A stretch of 60,671 bases of DNA from Christensenellales bacterium (GCA_050945915.1 JBMNTV010000003.1:1-60671), one strand, 5' to 3'. Positions 33,325 through 44,188 are shown, counted from the stretch's first letter. Numbers and translations: made by a program. Notes: generated by a model not told the origin, from the sequence alone.

Positions 33325-35106
33325 ATGAAACGAATCCTTTCGATACTTTTTTCGGCAGCCATCCTTCTTTGTACAGCGGTGCCTGCCTTTGCAGCGGGTG
33401 CGTCCACGCCAAAGGAAGAAGTTGTCTACGGAATTTTGGATCATGACGGCAGCGTGCAAAGCATTTATGTCGTCAACAGTTTCCGCGGCGGAAAGATCAC
33501 CGATTACGGCGATTACAGCGCCGTGAGCAATATGACGTCCTCGGAGCAACTGACGCAAAACGGCGATGCCATCACCGTCGAGACCGCGGCCGATCACTTT
33601 TACTATCAGGGAACGCTGAAAGCAAGGCACCTGCCCTGGACGTTCGCCATCAAGTACAGCCTGAACGGGAAGGAAATTCCGCCTTCCGAACTGGCAGGCA
33701 AAAGCGGCGCCCTTGCCATCGCAATCTCGGTTGTCGCCAATCCGGCGGCGAATCCGGTGTTCTTTGAAAACTATATGCTTCAAATTTCCCTGACGCTGGA
33801 CACGCGGTACTGCGCGGATATCCAGTCCGAAAACGCCACCATCGCCAGCGCGGGAAGAAACAAGGTGGTCGCCCACACCGTCATGCCGAATACGAATGCT
33901 CAGATCACCATAACGGCCAATGTGCAGGATTTTTCCATGGGCGGCATCGAGATCACCGCAATGCCCTTTTCCATGCCCATCGAAGTGCCGGATACCGCCG
34001 GTTTGACGGGGGACATGACCCGCCTTGCAGACGCTGTGGATGAACTGAATGAAGGCGTTGCGAAATTGTCCGACGGCATTTCGCAAACCTATGCGGGGGC
34101 GCGCAGGCTGGCCGACGGCTCCGCGGATGTTGCGGGCGGCTTGTCGCAGCTTGGCGGCTACTCCACACAACTGCTGGAGGCTTCCTCGCAAATCCATGCG
34201 GCATTGGCGAGTATTGTCGGCGGGCTTGAAGGTCAAAGCGGCGAGGAAGGGTTCAATCCGGGAGACTTCGATGCGCTGCCCGGTGCCTTGCGGCAGCTGG
34301 CGGACGGGCTGAATCAAATCGCCGGCAACATCGAACCATTGAAAACCGGGTACGCTTCCGCCTATTCTGCCCTGGATGCGGCGATCATGGCCATACCCGC
34401 GTCAGATGTGGACCCCACCCCCCTCTATGCCCTCGTGTATGGCAACCAGGAACTGACGCATGCCCTGGACCAGCTCGTGGAGCATTACGCGGCATCCAAG
34501 GCCGTCAAAGCCACTTATGATGCGACGAAGCAGGCCTTTGCCACGGTGGAGAGCAGTCTGGACGCCATCTCCAGCTCCATTGGCACGGTGGCGGGCACGC
34601 TTTCCGAAATGGCAGACGCCATCGACCAGGCTTTGAACGGAATGGATTTGATGCTGCAGCTTCGGCAGTTGAAGCAGGGACTTTCCCAACTTTCCAACCG
34701 TTATTCCCAGTTTCACGACGGCCTTAACGAGTATATGAACGGAGTTCTCAGTCTGAGCAACGGCTACGGCGCTGTGCATCAGGGCATCCAGTCGCTCAAG
34801 GGCGGGCTTGGCCAGCTGAATTCCGGTGCGAAGGAATTATCCTCCGGCACCAGTGAGCTGAACGACGCGGTGGCCGGACTGCCCGACGAAGTGCAGGCCG
34901 AAATCGACGAGCTGACCAAGCGCTATGACAAGTCGGATTTCACCCCTGTTTCCTTTGTTTCCGAAAAAAACATAGTAGTTTCCGCCGTCCAGTTCGTGCT
35001 GAAAACTCCCCCCATCGAATTGCCCGAAGTGCAACCCGCCACTTCACCGCCGGTAAAACTGACCTTCTGGCAAAGGCTCCTGCGCCTTTTTGGGCTGTAT
35101 CCATAA
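33325..35106 (+). CDS. Secreted protein with YhgE/Pip-like helical repeats
   Basis: 593 aa. It has a signal peptide (ILLCTAVPAFAAG). The long Ala/Gly/Leu/Gln-rich repeats (LNEGVAKLSDGISQTYAGARRLADGSADVAGGLSQLGG...) resemble those in the YhgE/Pip extracellular region. No C-terminal multi-TM domain is present. Confidence 0.65.
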   Translation: MKRILSILFSAAILLCTAVPAFAAGASTPKEEVVYGILDHDGSVQSIYVVNSFRGGKITDYGDYSAVSNMTSSEQLTQNGDAITVETAADHFYYQGTLKARHLPWTFAIKYSLNGKEIPPSELAGKSGALAIAISVVANPAANPVFFENYMLQISLTLDTRYCADIQSENATIASAGRNKVVAHTVMPNTNAQITITANVQDFSMGGIEITAMPFSMPIEVPDTAGLTGDMTRLADAVDELNEGVAKLSDGISQTYAGARRLADGSADVAGGLSQLGGYSTQLLEASSQIHAALASIVGGLEGQSGEEGFNPGDFDALPGALRQLADGLNQIAGNIEPLKTGYASAYSALDAAIMAIPASDVDPTPLYALVYGNQELTHALDQLVEHYAASKAVKATYDATKQAFATVESSLDAISSSIGTVAGTLSEMADAIDQALNGMDLMLQLRQLKQGLSQLSNRYSQFHDGLNEYMNGVLSLSNGYGAVHQGIQSLKGGLGQLNSGAKELSSGTSELNDAVAGLPDEVQAEIDELTKRYDKSDFTPVSFVSEKNIVVSAVQFVLKTPPIELPEVQPATSPPVKLTFWQRLLRLFGLYP

Positions 35107-35227
35107 CGCATGTTCCCGCTTTGGTGCAGGAGCCTTCCCAAGGGAGGGAAAACCCATGTTAAGCATTGCAGGCAGCGTGGATGATTCATAACCATCCAAG
35201 CTGCCTGTTTGCTTATTGCTTTGACGT

Positions 35228-36253
35228 TCATTTTTGTGGAACCGACCCACCTTTTGCTTCTTGTTTTCTTTCCGCAATGGTGACTTTGATGGTATCGCCG
35301 GGCTGTTTGCCGATTTTCGCCCGGATGCTCTTGCGGATTCCCAGGATGTGACAGGGCGTTCCCATCTTTACCAAAATTCCGTCATAGGGTTCGCCGTCAA
35401 ACGTAGCGTGGACGGGTACGCGGCTTTTGCCGAACCTTTCTTTTACGTCAAAGGGAATCTCAATATAGGCGCCGTCCAGATCCGGAACCTTCTGGATGAC
35501 GGCTTCGAACTCGATGAGCTCACTTTTAGCGCCGCATTGGGTTCCGCGAGTGGCTTCGGCGACCCGAAACCGCGTGATTTCGGCAATCAAATCATAGGGT
35601 ATCGGCTGTGAAATCGGGAACTGAATCGTGCCCTTCGTGGTCTTGTAGCCTGCCAGCCTGTCCGAAAATGCGCGGACCCCGCTTTCACCGGGATAGAACC
35701 CCACATGGTTTTTCGCCGCTGCAAAATGAACTAAATTCTCGTTCTGCCAATACGTCGGCATCTGCCAGCTGATCTTTTCCTTCGCATTCGGAGCGGCTTG
35801 ACGGATGGTGTTGCGGATGGCGTGAAGGATTTCGCGCACGTCATCCGGGAATTGCGCGATGTATCCGTCCACTGTGGTGTGCACCTGTTTTTCCGCAGGA
35901 GGCTTGCGGACCCGGTTCGACCGGGTCAGGTCGTACGCCTTGGAGATTCGTTCGATCAGCTCCGCAAACCGGGTGCTGTCCCCTACTTTGAAATAGTGAA
36001 TGACGCGGTTTTTTGACGTTTGCAGAATTCTGGACGGCGCCCACTCTTCGTGAGCTTCATCGGAAGGAAAGGCAATGACCAAGCAGTCTCTATTCGCTCT
36101 GATTTCGGCAAACGTCGAGCTGTGCTTCCAAAGCACGACGTTGGAGACAACCCGCTCTTCAAATGCGCCGACACGTTCCATCGCCATGCCGCGAAACTGT
36201 TCGTACAGGGGTAGCCATTTGGACTTGACACCTTTGAACACCGATTCCTTCAT
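35228..36253 (-). CDS. Three-domain protein of unknown function (DUF5655-like + DUF1801/YdhG-like + DUF1905-like)
   Basis: ATG 36253 follows AAGGAGG (the track ORF starts 17 codons earlier). The middle segment is [41 protein letters not shown] (DUF1801-like). The C-terminus is [33 protein letters not shown] (DUF1905-like). Confidence 0.65.
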   Translation of the reverse strand: MKESVFKGVKSKWLPLYEQFRGMAMERVGAFEERVVSNVVLWKHSSTFAEIRANRDCLVIAFPSDEAHEEWAPSRILQTSKNRVIHYFKVGDSTRFAELIERISKAYDLTRSNRVRKPPAEKQVHTTVDGYIAQFPDDVREILHAIRNTIRQAAPNAKEKISWQMPTYWQNENLVHFAAAKNHVGFYPGESGVRAFSDRLAGYKTTKGTIQFPISQPIPYDLIAEITRFRVAEATRGTQCGAKSELIEFEAVIQKVPDLDGAYIEIPFDVKERFGKSRVPVHATFDGEPYDGILVKMGTPCHILGIRKSIRAKIGKQPGDTIKVTIAERKQEAKGGSVPQK

Positions 36254-36610
36254 TGGAGCCTCCTTGTGTCTGTGGACGGTTGCTTTCCGCCCGGCTTGAT
36301 GCATACCTCTATTTGCGTTTTGTCACTGGCAGATTGCTGTGCTGACTTGATCCGAGTATTGCGCCAAAGAGCCTTTTTCAGACCGAATGCGGGCAGCAGA
36401 CGCCAGGCCGATGAATAACCGCCCTTTGCAGGGCGTACAGGCTCTCTTTTTCCGTCCAGAATGCTTTTTTAAGTTTGTTCCCTAGATCTGTCTTTTCTGA
36501 TAGTACGTTTACTGCACATGTTTTTCAACGATTTTCCTTCTGCCGCATCTCCTCCAGGCACTGATTTGCCTCAATCTGCCGCTGGCAACAGCTCTGCCAG
36601 GAACAAGCAA

Positions 36611-36628
36611 GGGAGCCTTTCGGCTCCC
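36611..36628 (-). terminator. Hairpin terminator downstream of the MCP gene
   Basis: GGGAGCC-tttc-GGCTCCC. A T-rich tail (CTTGCTTGTT) follows on the minus strand. Confidence 0.6.
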
Positions 36629-36650
36629 CTGGTTGCCTGTTCAACCGGTA

Positions 36651-38840
36651 TCAGTATTTTCCAAAGCCACTGTCCTTCGAGGAGGCTTTTTTCCCGAACG
36701 AGAACCCCTTCTTCTTGCCCTCACTGGCATCAGCAGCGCTAGAAGTGCTGGGGGCAGGCGCATCCAGCTTCGGCTGGTGAGCCATGGTTCCATTCTTCAG
36801 CTTGAACTTCTTGACCTGTTCCTGCAGCAGCGCAGCCTGGCTTGCCAGTTCTTCGCTGGCGGCCGCACTTTCTTCGGACGTCGCCGAGTTGGTCTGAACC
36901 ACTTGGGATACCTGCGTGAGGCCCTGATTGATCTGCGCGATTCCGGTCGCCTGTTCTCCGGAAGCGACGGCAATGTCGTTGACAAGATTCGCCACTTCTT
37001 CGACGTTCTCCACAATCTTGTTCAGCGCGCCGGCAGTTCCGTTCGCGATCTTCGTCCCTTCTTCGACGATGCTGATGGAGCCTTCGATCATTTCCGTGGT
37101 TTCTCTGGCTGCGTTTGCGGAACGCGCCGCAAGGTTGCGGACCTCTTCGGCGACCACGGCAAATCCCTTGCCGTGCTGACCCGCCCTTGCAGCCTCGACG
37201 GCGGCATTCAGGGCCAGGATGTTGGTCTGGAACGCAATCTCATCGATGACCTTGATGATCTTGGAGATGTTCGTCGACGAGTCGTTGATATCCTTCATCG
37301 CCCTGAGCATCTCCCTCATCTGCTCGTTGCCCTTCAGAGCGTTCTCTTTGGCGGTTTCTGCCAGCCTGCTGGCGTGATTTGCATTTTCGGCGTTCTTTTT
37401 GGTTTGAGCAGACACTTCCTCAATGGATGCCGTGAGCTCCTCAATGGCGCTGGCCTGTTCGGTTGCCCCCTGGGAGAGGGCAATGCTCGAATCGGAGATT
37501 TGCCTGGCGCCTGCCGCCACTTGCTCGGAGGCAGAGTTGATGTTGCTCAGCACTTCATTGTTCATCCGGATCATCTCGCTGAGTCTCTTGCCCAGAAGAT
37601 CCTGATCCGACCGAATTGTGACCTCTGCTGTCAGATCGCCGGCGGCGATTCTTTCTGTAACCTGGGCCTGTTCGCGGATGCTGTCAATCATCTTGCCAAA
37701 GGACTGCATCAGCTTGCCGATCTCGTCGTCCGACTTGACGTCCACGTCGACGTTAACATCGCCAATGGCAAGTTTGTTGGCGACTCCCACAAGATCGTTG
37801 ATCGGGCGCGTGATGCGGGTTACCAGCATCATGAGGACGAACCCGATGGCGATGGCTGCAAGCACACCGATCAAAATGCCGGAGAGCAAACTGCTGGTGA
37901 CCGGCCTGTTGATCTCGCTGATGGGAGCTGTTGAAGCGACCCACCAGGTGCTGTTCCCCACCGAGAGGGGTTCAAACACAAACCGCTTGTGGTTTTTCGT
38001 CAGCTTGGAATAGGAATCAAACGTAACCCCCGTTCCCGAGGCCACCGCCTTCTTCAGGCTGTCTGTCGCAGATGCATCCAAATAACCGTATACGGACTTT
38101 CCGATTGATTCCGGATGGGGATTGTAGATGATGTTTCCATTGGAGTCGCAGATCAACAGATAGCCCGTGTCAAAAAGCTGGGTATCCTTGACTTCTTGGA
38201 ACAGCGTGTCCACCAGAATATCATGCCCGACGATCCCCACAAACTTCCCATCGATAACGATCGGGACGACCATAGACGTCAGAGACACTCTTTCCCCGCC
38301 GACCTCATACTCGAAAGGATTCGTCACCCACTGCTGCCCCGTTTCCTTGGGAATCAGGTAATATTCGGCTGTTTGATATCCCGCAACGGGTTCGACAAAG
38401 ATGCCATTGCTGCCCCGGACAACGTTCGGAATGAATCTTCCGGTGTTGTCGTGTCCCGCTTTGCCGGAATAGGATTTGTCGTTGCCGTCAAAGGCATTGG
38501 GCTCCCATATGGTATAGGCGCTGAACACGTTTTCGTTTTCCTGAACGTCAGCTTTCAGGATTTCGATGATTCGTTCCCTGTTGTAGCTGCCTTTCTCGGC
38601 GAACTCTGCGACGAGCAGTTTGAGCGTATTCAAGCTTTCCAGCGAAGCGTTGATTTTCCCCTGAATATTGCTGGAGTAATGCAAGCTCATTTCCGCCATC
38701 AAGTCGCTGGACAGGTCGTTCATGCTATTTGAGGCAATGCTCAGGTTTATGAAAAGTACGAGCGCCATACATGCGATAAAAACAGCAACGACTGGCACCA
38801 ATATTTTTCCTTTTATGCTGCTATTGATCTTTTTTATCAT
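36651..38840 (-). CDS. Methyl-accepting chemotaxis protein (Cache-type sensor, HAMP, MCP signalling domain)
   Basis: 729 aa. It has TM1, a ~280-aa periplasmic Cache-like region, TM2 and HAMP. The conserved hairpin tip is [21 protein letters not shown]. Confidence 0.93.
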   Translation of the reverse strand: MIKKINSSIKGKILVPVVAVFIACMALVLFINLSIASNSMNDLSSDLMAEMSLHYSSNIQGKINASLESLNTLKLLVAEFAEKGSYNRERIIEILKADVQENENVFSAYTIWEPNAFDGNDKSYSGKAGHDNTGRFIPNVVRGSNGIFVEPVAGYQTAEYYLIPKETGQQWVTNPFEYEVGGERVSLTSMVVPIVIDGKFVGIVGHDILVDTLFQEVKDTQLFDTGYLLICDSNGNIIYNPHPESIGKSVYGYLDASATDSLKKAVASGTGVTFDSYSKLTKNHKRFVFEPLSVGNSTWWVASTAPISEINRPVTSSLLSGILIGVLAAIAIGFVLMMLVTRITRPINDLVGVANKLAIGDVNVDVDVKSDDEIGKLMQSFGKMIDSIREQAQVTERIAAGDLTAEVTIRSDQDLLGKRLSEMIRMNNEVLSNINSASEQVAAGARQISDSSIALSQGATEQASAIEELTASIEEVSAQTKKNAENANHASRLAETAKENALKGNEQMREMLRAMKDINDSSTNISKIIKVIDEIAFQTNILALNAAVEAARAGQHGKGFAVVAEEVRNLAARSANAARETTEMIEGSISIVEEGTKIANGTAGALNKIVENVEEVANLVNDIAVASGEQATGIAQINQGLTQVSQVVQTNSATSEESAAASEELASQAALLQEQVKKFKLKNGTMAHQPKLDAPAPSTSSAADASEGKKKGFSFGKKASSKDSGFGKY

Positions 38841-39251
38841 GTCTTTTCACTGTTCCTCCTCCTGCAAATTTTATGAAGCAGCAAGAGACCGGCCCTTCCT
38901 GTCATCCTGCGGCATTTCAAAATCGGGCTGCGGTTCTTCCCGCGGGCTGTGTTTTGTGGCTGATCGCATACCTCCCATTGCTGTTTGATCTATCCGGAGT
39001 GCCAATCATAATCGGAAAAGTGGGCGAAATACAGTCAAGGCATATACAGTTCGTGTATACGCCCTATCTGCACTGGTTGGATCGCATACCAATCCTTGGT
39101 TCGCACCGGTCATATTACTTAATATCGGTAATTCTATGGATGTCTTTATCCATTGACTGGCAATTCTCCGAAGAAAGATTCCCCGAACCGCAGAAAATGA
39201 GAATTCTGACCGCGCAAACCGAAAGCCTTGCCCAAGGATTCATCACGATCC

Positions 39252-39297
39252 TTATAAAGAGCCAGGCTCTTTTGCTGTGGCACAAAAGAACCTGGCT
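39252..39297 (-). terminator. Rho-independent terminator downstream of the flavodoxin gene
   Basis: On the minus strand: AGCCAGGTTCTTTTG-tgccac-AGCAAAAGAGCCTGGCT followed by CTTTAT. Confidence 0.7.
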
Positions 39298-39342
39298 TTC
39301 CTTGCATGAACGTATGAATCCGTATGAAGCAAAACCCACCAG

Positions 39343-39768
39343 CTAGATTTGCTGTTGCTTTAGCAGCTCAACTGCGAAATCCACCGCTTGCTGAACATCC
39401 TTTTTGTTTGGATGACCGAACCGAAAGAACAGAAAGCTGCCCGGACACAGATGTTCGTCCAGCACGTTGATCTCCTTTTCCATCAGAATCCTGCGAACGC
39501 TGTCCTGCCTGTTTTTCATCGATGCGCAGGAGGTCACCAGAGCTGCGTTTTTGATCTCGCTGCCATCCAGCCCTTTCATGTAATCCAGCATCTCGGGCAG
39601 GCTTTCCCCTCCATAGATCCCCCCAACGACAAACAGCAGATCAATGCCTTGAAGCACCGGATTTGTCGCGATGTTTTCGGCTTTGGTTTTTAGGGCAGCA
39701 CCAATGGCTTCTGCAAGCTTCTTTGAATGTTTCGTCTTGGTTGCATATACGACTCCCGTTTTGATCAT
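39343..39768 (-). CDS. Flavodoxin-like protein
   Basis: ATG 39768 (MIKTGVVYATKTKHSKKLAEAIG...), 141 aa. It has a flavodoxin-type beta-alpha N-terminus and a GGIYGG loop. The track ORF starts 19 codons earlier. Confidence 0.7.
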   Translation of the reverse strand: MIKTGVVYATKTKHSKKLAEAIGAALKTKAENIATNPVLQGIDLLFVVGGIYGGESLPEMLDYMKGLDGSEIKNAALVTSCASMKNRQDSVRRILMEKEINVLDEHLCPGSFLFFRFGHPNKKDVQQAVDFAVELLKQQQI

Positions 39769-40008
39769 GGTCAATCCCCTTTCATGCTTCTGTGGTACTT
39801 CTGAACTTAAGCGTGCGATGGTCAATGATTTGGATCAAATTTTCCTACTCAATGAATGTGTTTATCAAATTTCATTATATTCCATTTATCAGGATATTTG
39901 AATAGGTCTCATTTTTGTTAATGTTCAATCAAATAATCACGATACAATGATATATAGGGATATATAGGGTCGCATTGGCGACAATGCGATTTGCATGGAG
40001 GTTTACTG

Positions 40009-41724
40009 ATGAAAAGTATCAAAGCAAAGCTCATCATCATTACTCTGATGTTGGTTATCGCATCCTCAGCATTGACGATCACCATTGGGCTTATCGGGTG
40101 CAATACCATGGCGCAAAGCATTATTCAAACAACGATCGAAGATAAATTGTCCGGTGCGAGCCATATGCTCAAAAACTACCTTGCTGAGCAGTTCGGCGCA
40201 TTGCGTTTGGACGGCGATCAATTGGTCGATCAAAACGGGGTGCCCATCGATGGACAATTTGAATACATCGATCGCTTTTCCGAAAGCATGAACGCCGTTG
40301 CAACCGTTTTTGTAAAGGACGGGAATCAGTTTATCAGAGTGATCACAACTGTCACGGGCGAAACGGGCGAAAGGATCATCGGAACCGAGTTGGACCCCCA
40401 GGGCACCGCCTATCGGGAAGTGTCAAACGGCAACTCCTATTTGGGCGCTGCCGGCATACTCGGCGTTGAATACATGACCTCATACAGCCCTATGTTTGAT
40501 GAGAATAACGAAATCATTGGCGTTTATTTTGTCGGCGTACCCATGACGGCCGTTAACGGAATCCTCCAGGAAGGATCGTCGTCCATGATGCGGTCTGTTT
40601 TGCTCGCAACCTTTGCGATGCTGCTCGTTATCGCCGTGATAACCTTCTTTATCAGCAACAGAATTGCCAAACCGATCAAACAGGTAACGGCCGCGGCGCA
40701 GCAGATCGCAGACGGCCACTTCGACGTCCAGCTTTCTGTCAATTCAAAGGACGAAACGGGGCAGCTTGCAAAGGCGATGCAATTGACGATCGCAAAGCTG
40801 GTCAATTATCAGGGATATATCGACGAAGTATCCGACGCTTTGATGAACATCTCCAACGGCAACCTGCAATATGAAACCAAAATGGAGTATGTCGGCCAGT
40901 TTAAGAAGCTCAAGGATCATTTGCAGGCACTGCTGTCCAACCTGAACGCCATGCTGGTGCAGATCAGGCAGTCCACAGATCAGGTGGACAGCGGCGCAGA
41001 GCAGATCGCCATCAGCGCGCAGGCGCTTTCCCAGGGATCGACGGAGCAGGCAAGCTCCATTCAGCAGCTGTCCGCTTCCATTGCCGAAGTAACCGAGGAA
41101 ACCAGGAGAAATGCCGAAAACGCAAAAGCAGCCCGGGACAAGGCAGAGTCCGCCATCCAGGAGCTGCAAATCAGCAACGACCAAATGAAGGTTATGATGG
41201 ACGCTATGGACCAGATTAACCACAAGTCCTCCGAGATTTCTAAGATCATCCGAATGATTGACGATATCGCCTTCCAGACGAACATCCTTGCGCTGAATGC
41301 CGCAGTGGAGGCAGCCCGCGCCGGAGCCGCCGGAAAGGGCTTTGCGGTTGTTGCAGACGAAGTGAAGAACCTTGCGAAAAAATCGGCTGATGCGGCGAAG
41401 GATACCGCCGAACTGATCGAGGAAACGATCCGAGCGGTGACCAACGGCTCTGAAATCGCCAATAAGACCGCCCATGCTTTAGAAAAGACTTCCCAGGTAA
41501 CATCCGAAGCGGTGACCTTGATCGATAAGATCTCGGAAGCCTCCAACGGGCAAGCGACGGCGATTATGCAAATCAATCAGGGCGTGGAGCAAATCTCGAC
41601 GGTGGTTCAGACCAATGTCGCCACTGCCGAGGAAAGCGCGGCGGCCAGCGAAGAGCTGTCCGGTCAATCCCACTTCCTGAAGGAGCTGATCGGAAAACTC
41701 AAGCTCAACGAAAACGCGTTTTAA
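40009..41724 (+). CDS. Methyl-accepting chemotaxis protein (Cache-type sensor, HAMP, MCP signalling domain)
   Basis: ATG 40009 lies 7 nt after GGAGG. It has TM1, a ~170-aa sensor region, TM2 and HAMP. The conserved tip is [21 protein letters not shown]. Confidence 0.93.
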   Translation: MKSIKAKLIIITLMLVIASSALTITIGLIGCNTMAQSIIQTTIEDKLSGASHMLKNYLAEQFGALRLDGDQLVDQNGVPIDGQFEYIDRFSESMNAVATVFVKDGNQFIRVITTVTGETGERIIGTELDPQGTAYREVSNGNSYLGAAGILGVEYMTSYSPMFDENNEIIGVYFVGVPMTAVNGILQEGSSSMMRSVLLATFAMLLVIAVITFFISNRIAKPIKQVTAAAQQIADGHFDVQLSVNSKDETGQLAKAMQLTIAKLVNYQGYIDEVSDALMNISNGNLQYETKMEYVGQFKKLKDHLQALLSNLNAMLVQIRQSTDQVDSGAEQIAISAQALSQGSTEQASSIQQLSASIAEVTEETRRNAENAKAARDKAESAIQELQISNDQMKVMMDAMDQINHKSSEISKIIRMIDDIAFQTNILALNAAVEAARAGAAGKGFAVVADEVKNLAKKSADAAKDTAELIEETIRAVTNGSEIANKTAHALEKTSQVTSEAVTLIDKISEASNGQATAIMQINQGVEQISTVVQTNVATAEESAAASEELSGQSHFLKELIGKLKLNENAF

Positions 41725-41933
41725 GCGAAAGTCCATCCGGTTCGGACGCAGACAAGCTGATCGCAGGAACTTCTCGAACGGTTTTTCGCGAGTCGGCGCG
41801 ATGACGCCCTTGTTGGCGTTGGTGCCGCTCGAAGCTCGCTGTTTAGGCCGTATCCGCCTCCTCCAGGGAGCATCCAGGCATCAGCTACTGCCCGCTTTTT
41901 CTGGTTACTAAAACAAATCTATCGCCAAATACT

Positions 41934-41967
41934 GAAGCTGGACAGCATCAAATCGCTGTCCAGCTTC
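41934..41967. terminator. Hairpin between the convergent MCP and GGDEF genes
   Basis: GAAGCTGGACAGC-atcaaatc-GCTGTCCAGCTTC, a 13-bp stem. Flanking U-runs are weak. Confidence 0.65.
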
Positions 41968-42025
41968 TCAATCTTCCATGGGTTGTTCCATGATCGATCC
42001 AAACGCCATGCCCGCATGAAGATTG

Positions 42026-43120
42026 CTAATCATGGCTCCGGACAGTCCGGGCCCGATGCAGCTTCTTGGACTGATACATCTTTGCATCTGCATCGTGAAA
42101 GGTTTTTCCGAAGTCTGAATCTTCACCTTGGCGATATATGCTATACCCGTAAGCAACGGAGGGTATCCGTTGATCGAGTTTGCGCTTTTGTGCAAGGGCA
42201 TGGTTCATTTTTTCGAGTTGGAGTTCGATGATTGCATGATCTGTTTCATCGCAGATAACGGCAAACTCATCTCCTCCAATGCGATAGCATTGGCAACACC
42301 GATCAAAGGATTCCCGGATCGTTGCGGCCACCTCTTTGATCACGATGTCTCCATAAAAGTGACCATAGGTATCGTTAATGTTCTTGAAATCGTTGATATC
42401 CAGAACAACGATGGACAACGAGCCTTTATGCGTCATCTGCTTGACCGCTTTATCAAAGGTATATCGGTTATATAGGCCCGACAGGGGGTCAAAGCTGCAA
42501 TCGAAGTCTGACATCAAGAGGAAGTACAGGATCAAGGATATCGTTACACAATGCCATGTGGAATAGGCCGCGGGATTCACAAGCTGAATGCTGGTGCAGA
42601 CGACAGTGAAAACCAGCAAGGCCGAAACCTTACCGATAATCGGATAACGATATTTTTGGGTGATATACAGCGTATAGACCAGGAGAAACAATAGATTAAT
42701 GCCATAAACCGCGACAAAGATCGAATAATGGCTGCCCCTGAAGTATCGATTGCTTGCGTCTATCATAAAAATCATTCCATTAAAGAGGGATGAAACAGTT
42801 AACGCAAGGTTAACCACTGTGGGCAACAGCAGCCATTTTCTCTTTCGGAGCAGTTTTGTATCAAATATCGCAATCAATGCCAGAGGGATCATTGGGGTAA
42901 GGGAAAAACCGATGACATTGCATGCCACATGCAAACTGCGAAGACCAGCCTGCCCCTCTGCTAAGAACGTGCCCACTTCGGATAAAACCGCGATGACAGC
43001 AAGAAAGATCGCAATCGCAAAGGGCTTTTTGCGATTGCTTTTTATCATCGTGCTGTTGCGCAACACTCCGCATAAGTAGCATAATGCGAAAATATCAATT
43101 AAATGTGTTGCCATATTCAT
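42026..43120 (-). CDS. Membrane-anchored diguanylate cyclase (6 TM + GGDEF)
   Basis: The track ORF is 42026-43162. I prefer ATG 43120, 9 nt after GGAAGAGG. It has six hydrophobic helices, then a GGDEF domain with RIGGDEF. Confidence 0.88.
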   Translation of the reverse strand: MNMATHLIDIFALCYLCGVLRNSTMIKSNRKKPFAIAIFLAVIAVLSEVGTFLAEGQAGLRSLHVACNVIGFSLTPMIPLALIAIFDTKLLRKRKWLLLPTVVNLALTVSSLFNGMIFMIDASNRYFRGSHYSIFVAVYGINLLFLLVYTLYITQKYRYPIIGKVSALLVFTVVCTSIQLVNPAAYSTWHCVTISLILYFLLMSDFDCSFDPLSGLYNRYTFDKAVKQMTHKGSLSIVVLDINDFKNINDTYGHFYGDIVIKEVAATIRESFDRCCQCYRIGGDEFAVICDETDHAIIELQLEKMNHALAQKRKLDQRIPSVAYGYSIYRQGEDSDFGKTFHDADAKMYQSKKLHRARTVRSHD

Positions 43121-43385
43121 ACGGCCTTGCCTCTTCCCCGAAAAACAGTTGTTGTCGCGCAATTGATCTCATAGCACCGAGCTATTACAAGTACACTACC
43201 ACAAACTCGTGCTACCGCCAAGCATAAAGTGTTATGGATATTAAGATTTTTTATTGTCGACTTTTGCCTTTTATTGAGGTTCATCGCATGTTGGCTCTGG
43301 CGCTTTTGGCCCTGTCATATGTCATATGGAACAAGCGCCCCGCAGGCTGCCCCAAAAAGCGAATTCCCAACTGCCATGTTATTGG

Positions 43386-43419
43386 GGAAAATCGGCAGTT
43401 TGAACATCAAACTGCCGAC
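43386..43419 (-). terminator. Rho-independent terminator of the Crp/Fnr gene
   Basis: On the minus strand: TCGGCAGTTTGA-tgt-TCAAACTGCCGA followed by TTTT. Confidence 0.75.
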
Positions 43420-43450
43420 GTTATGAATGCCCCTTGGCGCACTGACCCGA

Positions 43451-44140
43451 CTATTGCTCCAGACTGAGGACCTCCAGAGCAGCCTGGTCATTTATGATAA
43501 TGCTTCGATGCCCCTTTAGCCGGATCAGCCCCTCTTCCTGCAAGGCAGCCAGCTTGCGACTCAGGGTCTCCTGCGTCATGCCCAGTTGGGAAGCCAGATC
43601 CCCCTTGGTCATGGGCAAAAGAATCTCTTTCTTGCCGTTGGCAAGCTCCAATAGCGCCCTCGAAACACGGTGGGTTACCGATCTTAAGCTGATGTCCTCG
43701 ATCCGTTTTTCGGCCTTTTCCAGCCTTCGAGAAAGTTCATCCATCACTTTAAAGGCTATGGAAGGGTACTTTGCCATCAGCGCCTTGAGCCTGTCCCCTT
43801 GCAGAACGCACATGGTTGTCGCCTCTAACGCCTGGGCGTTATCCGTCAGGGGCAGAGAGGAAAAAAGGGACAGCTCTCCCATAAACTCCCCCGGCTCCAC
43901 CAGCCGGAGAACCTGTTCTTTCCCGCCGGCATTGAGACGGAAGAGCTTGATCCGGCCCGCATGAAGGACATAGAGGATGCCGCCCTCATCGCCTGCTCTG
44001 TATATGATTTCGCCCTTTTTATAGCTGCGGAAGGATGCGATCTCCATAATCTCCATTCTTTCCTCGCAGCTGAGATTGGCGAAAATGGGAACATGATCGA
44101 TACAACTGGTATGACATTGACAGCAATGATTGCAGGACAT
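43451..44140 (-). CDS. Crp/Fnr-family transcriptional regulator with a Cys-rich N-terminus
   Basis: ATG 44140 lies 9 nt after GGGAGG (the track ORF starts at GTG 44164). It begins MSCNHCCQCHTSCIDHVPIF. A cNMP-binding-like beta-barrel and a C-terminal HTH (TQETLSRKLAALQEEGLI) follow. Confidence 0.88.
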   Translation of the reverse strand: MSCNHCCQCHTSCIDHVPIFANLSCEERMEIMEIASFRSYKKGEIIYRAGDEGGILYVLHAGRIKLFRLNAGGKEQVLRLVEPGEFMGELSLFSSLPLTDNAQALEATTMCVLQGDRLKALMAKYPSIAFKVMDELSRRLEKAEKRIEDISLRSVTHRVSRALLELANGKKEILLPMTKGDLASQLGMTQETLSRKLAALQEEGLIRLKGHRSIIINDQAALEVLSLEQ

Positions 44141-44188
44141 GCGCAACTGCCTCCCTTCGTTCACCGGGCGCTCCCATCAGTTAGATTC

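Noticed and set aside
36633-37934. 433-aa plus-strand ORF
   Set aside because: It is antisense to the MCP gene, whose signalling-domain motifs are unambiguous. Its composition is dominated by Leu/Arg/Gly/Asp.
37100-41450. The two MCP genes as a large inverted repeat capable of recombination
   Set aside because: The similarity is mostly at protein level. By eye the nucleotide identity in the conserved tip is only about three-quarters, with no long identical stretch.
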